NCBI GenBank assembly: GCA_002787235.1
Contig: PCWG01000035.1
Span: forward strand, 31,009 to 95,008
DNA: 64,000 nt
Reading direction: 5' to 3'
Source: Nitrospinae bacterium CG11_big_fil_rev_8_21_14_0_20_45_15
Lineage (GTDB): Bacteria > Nitrospinota > Nitrospinia > Nitrospinales > VA-1
Part shown: piece by piece, positions 60,289 to 64,000 of the stretch
How the letters are laid out: every line of letters begins with the position of its first letter
Numbering within the stretch: position 1 is the stretch's first letter
Program-made: the position numbers and the translations under genes
Notes under the pieces: generated by a model
Database searches by the model: none
What the model was told of the DNA's origin: nothing
What the model saw: the letters and a program-made list of their open reading frames with translations, nothing else

Positions 60289-62034
60289 GTGAAACTTTCA
60301 GATTACATGGCGGAATTTTTAGCTAAACATACCGCACATGCATTTGTCGGTCACGGAGGGTGTATCGTCCACCTTTTGGACAGTTTGAATGCGCACCCCG
60401 ACATAAAAGTCATCCCTTGCCAAAATGAACAGGGCAGTTCCATGTCGGCCGAGGCCTATGCACGAGTCTCAGGCAAGATCGGACTGGGAATAGCCACAAG
60501 TGGACCTGGCATGGTCAACTTGATACAGGGAATCGCTTGCGCCTATTTTGATTCTATTCCCACCATTTTTATTGCCGGAGCTCCCCCAGTCCATCATCTC
60601 AAAGGAAATCGGAAAGCAAGGCAAATTGGTTTTCAGGAATGTGAAGTAGTCGGAATCGTGAAACCAATCACAAAATATGCGGTATTGGTGACCGATCCCA
60701 AACGCATCCGCTATGAATTGGAAAAGCTCTTGCATTACGCAACCGAAGGGCGAAAGGGTCCCGTAGTCCTTGATCTCCCAGATGACTTGCAACGCGCCGA
60801 AATCAATCCAGAGGAATTGGAATCCTTTATACCAGACACCACAATTCAGCTCGATACCCCAAAAGATTCCGACATTGACCAAATGCTGAGTTTGATTCGG
60901 GAAGCAAAAAAGCCGGTCGTGATTGTTGGAGCCGGCGTAAAAATTGGCAATGCCGTGCCCAATATGCGTGAGTTTTTAAAAAAATCGGGCCTCCCCTTTG
61001 TCGGAACCTGGTCAACTCTGGATTTGTTCGTCGAAGATGAGCCCGGCTTTATCGGTAGCTTCGGGGTATCTTCCACGCGAGCGGGAAATTTTGCAGTTCA
61101 GAATTCAGATTTGATCATCAGCCTTGCATCACGGCTCGACACGCATGAAACTGGAAGCAATCCTGCAAAATTCGCCATGAAGGCGAAAAAAATCATGATC
61201 GATATCGATCCAGACGAACTGAACAAGGAAAACGGCTTGTGTCTTGACATAGCGATTCAATCCGATATCAATGCGTTCTTTGAAAAAATCAATTCAAAAA
61301 CCATTGAAACACAGGATTTGGCAGAATGGAAAGAACGCACCAAAAAATGGACCGAACGTTATCCTGTATGTCTGCCCGAATATTACGATCAGGTAGACAA
61401 GGTCAATCCCTACGTTTTTATGAACGAGCTTTCCAAGGAAACCAAAGAAGGTGACATCGTCATTCCAGACGCAGGGGGTAATCTCACCTGGACCATGCAA
61501 GCCTACAAATTACGTTCCCGACAGATGCTCTTCAGCGCATTCAACCACTCTCCTATGGGCTATGCCCTGCCCGCTGCAATCGGAGCGCAATTCGCCGAAC
61601 CTGAAAAACAAGTCATCTGTATCATTGGCGACGGTGGCTTGCAAATGAACATACAAGAACTGGAAACCGTCTCTTATTACAATTTGCCCATTAAAATTTT
61701 TCTAATCAATAACGAAGGTTATGGAATCATCAAGCAAACCATCGACACGTGGCTCGACTCCCGATATGTATGCACTGACACAAACAGCGGATTAGGGTTC
61801 CCAGACTTCAAAAAAGTCGCCAAAGCTTACAAGATTGAAACCATGGAAATCCCGAATCAAAAAAATCTCAACCAAAAATTACGGATCGCTCTCGACTTTA
61901 AAGGTCCGTTATTGATCGATGTACGCTTAAAATCCGATCAAAAAATTACGCCTAAACTTGCATTTGGAAGACCCATTGAAGATATGGACCCTCTGCTTCC
62001 CCGAGAAGAATTTGAAGAAAATATGCGGGATTAA
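60289..62034 (+). CDS. ThDP-dependent acetolactate-synthase-like enzyme (YerE-like in this context)
   Basis: NEQG, TSGPG, GPV.LD.P.D, MGYALPAAIG, GDGGLQMNIQEL...NNEGYG. Confidence 0.88.
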   Translation: MKLSDYMAEFLAKHTAHAFVGHGGCIVHLLDSLNAHPDIKVIPCQNEQGSSMSAEAYARVSGKIGLGIATSGPGMVNLIQGIACAYFDSIPTIFIAGAPPVHHLKGNRKARQIGFQECEVVGIVKPITKYAVLVTDPKRIRYELEKLLHYATEGRKGPVVLDLPDDLQRAEINPEELESFIPDTTIQLDTPKDSDIDQMLSLIREAKKPVVIVGAGVKIGNAVPNMREFLKKSGLPFVGTWSTLDLFVEDEPGFIGSFGVSSTRAGNFAVQNSDLIISLASRLDTHETGSNPAKFAMKAKKIMIDIDPDELNKENGLCLDIAIQSDINAFFEKINSKTIETQDLAEWKERTKKWTERYPVCLPEYYDQVDKVNPYVFMNELSKETKEGDIVIPDAGGNLTWTMQAYKLRSRQMLFSAFNHSPMGYALPAAIGAQFAEPEKQVICIIGDGGLQMNIQELETVSYYNLPIKIFLINNEGYGIIKQTIDTWLDSRYVCTDTNSGLGFPDFKKVAKAYKIETMEIPNQKNLNQKLRIALDFKGPLLIDVRLKSDQKITPKLAFGRPIEDMDPLLPREEFEENMRD

Positions 62035-62036
62035 AA

Positions 62037-62951
62037 ATGCCCGGTAAGATCACTATCACCGGCGGAACAGGCTTTATTGGAAGCCACCTTGCCCAACAAA
62101 TCTTGGGAGATGGCATCAATACATTTTCAAGAAATCCGTTGAAAGAGTTGTCTTCAGGGCAACAACACTTTCAAGGCGATATTACAGATTTTGATGCGGT
62201 TCGCAATTCTGTTAAAGATGCAACTGGAATCGTTCATTTGGCGGCAGTGAGCCGGGAAGGACTGGGAGTTTCACAACCACACTCCTGCATCAAAACCAAC
62301 TTTTTGGGGACTCTGAACGTACTTGAAGCCGCCAGAACTTCTAAAGATAAACCATGGCTCATCTTGGCAAGCTCTGCCGCCGTTAAGGAAATAGAAAGCA
62401 ATGAGGTTATTGCCAGTGATACAGAGAGTCTGTATGGAATTTCAAAATTGTTTGGTGAAAAATGTGCCGAGAAATACGCCTCAGACTATGAATTGAAAAT
62501 AATTTCTCTACGAATAGAGACGGTCTATGGTTCGCTTCGCGACAATCCCAATAAAGTCCTGAATCAAATGGTTAAATATGCGTTGGCAAATGAACCCATA
62601 TCCATTCATGATGCAAATTTTGATATCAATCTCATCCATTGGCAAGACGTCGTGCAGGGAATTCAATACTGCATAAAAGAAATTCCTTTCATGCCCCAAT
62701 CTTTTTACAAATGTATTTATCTGGGCGCAGAAAGTTACATAGACATTGAATCGCTGGCACGAACAATTATTCGCCTTGCAAACAGCAAGTCACAAATTAT
62801 TATCCATGAAAAAAGAACCCATGAAAAAGTAATAAAAAGAACTTCTGAAGAAGTGAATCGGTCCCGGGATTTTCTTAAATTTCAACCTTCAATTTCTTTA
62901 GAAGAAGGACTGATGCGACTGATTGATCAATATCGTAAACATTATAATTGA
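62037..62951 (+). CDS. NAD-dependent epimerase/dehydratase (extended SDR)
   Basis: TGGTGFIG, HLAA, ASS, YGISK, VYG. Confidence 0.88.
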   Translation: MPGKITITGGTGFIGSHLAQQILGDGINTFSRNPLKELSSGQQHFQGDITDFDAVRNSVKDATGIVHLAAVSREGLGVSQPHSCIKTNFLGTLNVLEAARTSKDKPWLILASSAAVKEIESNEVIASDTESLYGISKLFGEKCAEKYASDYELKIISLRIETVYGSLRDNPNKVLNQMVKYALANEPISIHDANFDINLIHWQDVVQGIQYCIKEIPFMPQSFYKCIYLGAESYIDIESLARTIIRLANSKSQIIIHEKRTHEKVIKRTSEEVNRSRDFLKFQPSISLEEGLMRLIDQYRKHYN

Positions 62952-63804
62952 CCGAAACAGGTATCAGCGATTCAGAAATGAATTTGTCTTGCCCGTTTCG
63001 AGGTCCCAACCACCCCAAACTATTTTGAATTCACAATCAGACAGCTCCATAGAACTTTCTATTGTTATGCCCTCGTTGAACGAAGAGGAAAATATTGCCA
63101 AAGCAATAGAAAACACGCTCCAGGCATTTGACGACTACGAGATTTCGGGGGAAGTAGTTGTTATCAATGACGGCAGTACGGACGGAACAGAAGATGTTGT
63201 CAAAAAAATACTTCAGAATGAAGCGCGAGTTCAGATAGTCAACCATGATCACGCTCAGGGAGTTGGTGCATCTTTCTGGGATGGTGTGGATCATTCAAAT
63301 GGGAAAATCGTTTCATGGCTTCCCGGTGACAATGAAGGAGATCCTTGGGAAATTGTTCGCTATATAAAACTTCTACAAAATGTCGATATCGTTATCCCTT
63401 TTGTGTTCAACAAAGAAGTTCGCTCTTTGCCACGAAACATGCTCTCAGCTACTTTTCGATTTATCATTAACGCAACGTTTCGGGTCAATTTTAATTATAC
63501 AAATGGAACAGTCATCTTCAGAAAATCTGTCTTGCAAGAGCTGGATTATCGCAGTACAAGTTTTTTCTTTCTTACAGATATCCTGGTTCGTCTGGTAAAC
63601 AAAGGCTACCTCTTTGCAGAAGTACCCATTCGCCTGGGAGTTCGCGGAGCCGGTGTGTCCAAAGCCGTGTCCTTTCCATCCCTCATGCAGGTCATCCGCG
63701 GCTACATTCATTTGTTAAAAGATTGCTATTATTTAAAAAAATTTAAGAATAAAAACAAAGAATTTCATAGCAGTTCAGCGACTGCGCAACGATATGAAAA
63801 ATAA
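62923..63804 (+). CDS. GT2 family glycosyltransferase
   Basis: SIVMPSLNEEENI, INDGSTDGT, PGD; true start is probably downstream of the ORF-track start. Confidence 0.85.
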   Translation: MINIVNIIIDRNRYQRFRNEFVLPVSRSQPPQTILNSQSDSSIELSIVMPSLNEEENIAKAIENTLQAFDDYEISGEVVVINDGSTDGTEDVVKKILQNEARVQIVNHDHAQGVGASFWDGVDHSNGKIVSWLPGDNEGDPWEIVRYIKLLQNVDIVIPFVFNKEVRSLPRNMLSATFRFIINATFRVNFNYTNGTVIFRKSVLQELDYRSTSFFFLTDILVRLVNKGYLFAEVPIRLGVRGAGVSKAVSFPSLMQVIRGYIHLLKDCYYLKKFKNKNKEFHSSSATAQRYEK

Positions 63805-63855
63805 AAAAATTCCCCCCATACTCACTGAATAAAAACAGTTAACAATAGAGAACGT

Positions 63856-64000
63856 GTGTACTTGGAAAATGAAAATAAAATAGACTATTCTTCCTTGCCT
63901 GTATTCGCTGGAGCGGTGGTACTTTCTCTAGATGGGAAAATCCTCAACCAACTCCGTGATGATAAACCAGACATTCTCTATCCAGGTTATTGGTCATGTG
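63856..64000 (+). CDS. NUDIX hydrolase, N-terminal part (runs off the window; not in ORF track)
   Basis: Reads ...AGAVVLSLDGKILNQLRDDKPDILYPGYWSC; LRDD.P.I.YPG.W normally precedes a Nudix box. Confidence 0.65.
   Translation, partial: MYLENENKIDYSSLPVFAGAVVLSLDGKILNQLRDDKPDILYPGYWSC

Noticed and set aside
60289-62034. Calling this gene ilvB
   Set aside because: No small subunit or ilvC adjacent, and the context is a sugar cluster, so no symbol was given
1-64000. Many 60-300 aa ORFs overlapping or antisense to well-supported genes (e.g. 29709-30629, 42368-43003, 4872-5411, 226-720)
   Set aside because: Shadow frames of genes with clear family motifs; no recognisable motifs of their own
1-64000. 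CRISPR arrays, tRNA, rRNA, IS elements, integrases
   Set aside because: No regularly spaced direct repeats, cloverleaf/T-loop signatures or transposase motifs were seen by eye; a tRNAscan/Infernal run would be needed to exclude small RNAs fully

Overview
Gene-dense bacterial chromosomal window with about 60 CDS. I found no rRNA, tRNA, CRISPR array, transposase or integrase. Gene style suggests a Gram-negative Nitrospinota/Nitrospina-like organism (inference only). Housekeeping genes include gltX, recG, rel/spoT, rpmB, mrp/apbC, a CCA/A-adding enzyme, an HtrA protease and DsbA/DsbD-N. There are also two two-component systems, an orphan response regulator and scattered flagellar genes (flgM, fliD, fliS) with recognisable sigma-28 promoters. 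Four regions stand out. (1) A two-gene operon behind a perfect Fur box (12174-15942) encodes a cytochrome-c/FTR1 iron permease and a PepSY-TM/beta-propeller protein; these unrelated proteins end in the same His/Cys-rich helical domain (ungapped 44-aa match). (2) A sugar-nucleotide cluster directly behind fliD-fliS (51354 to the window end) encodes a deoxyhypusine-synthase-like protein, HldE-like and GmhA-like enzymes, twin radical-SAM enzymes, a ThDP enzyme, an aminotransferase, an SDR, a GT2 and a NUDIX, interrupted by an antisense pair of paralogous membrane proteins. (3) A HmuY/DUF420 region holds three small membrane proteins missing from the ORF track and a ~255-nt structured leader. (4) An SplB-like radical SAM with a non-canonical Cys motif is coupled to a standalone ABC-class ATPase. 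All calls come from motif recognition by eye; no database search was run.
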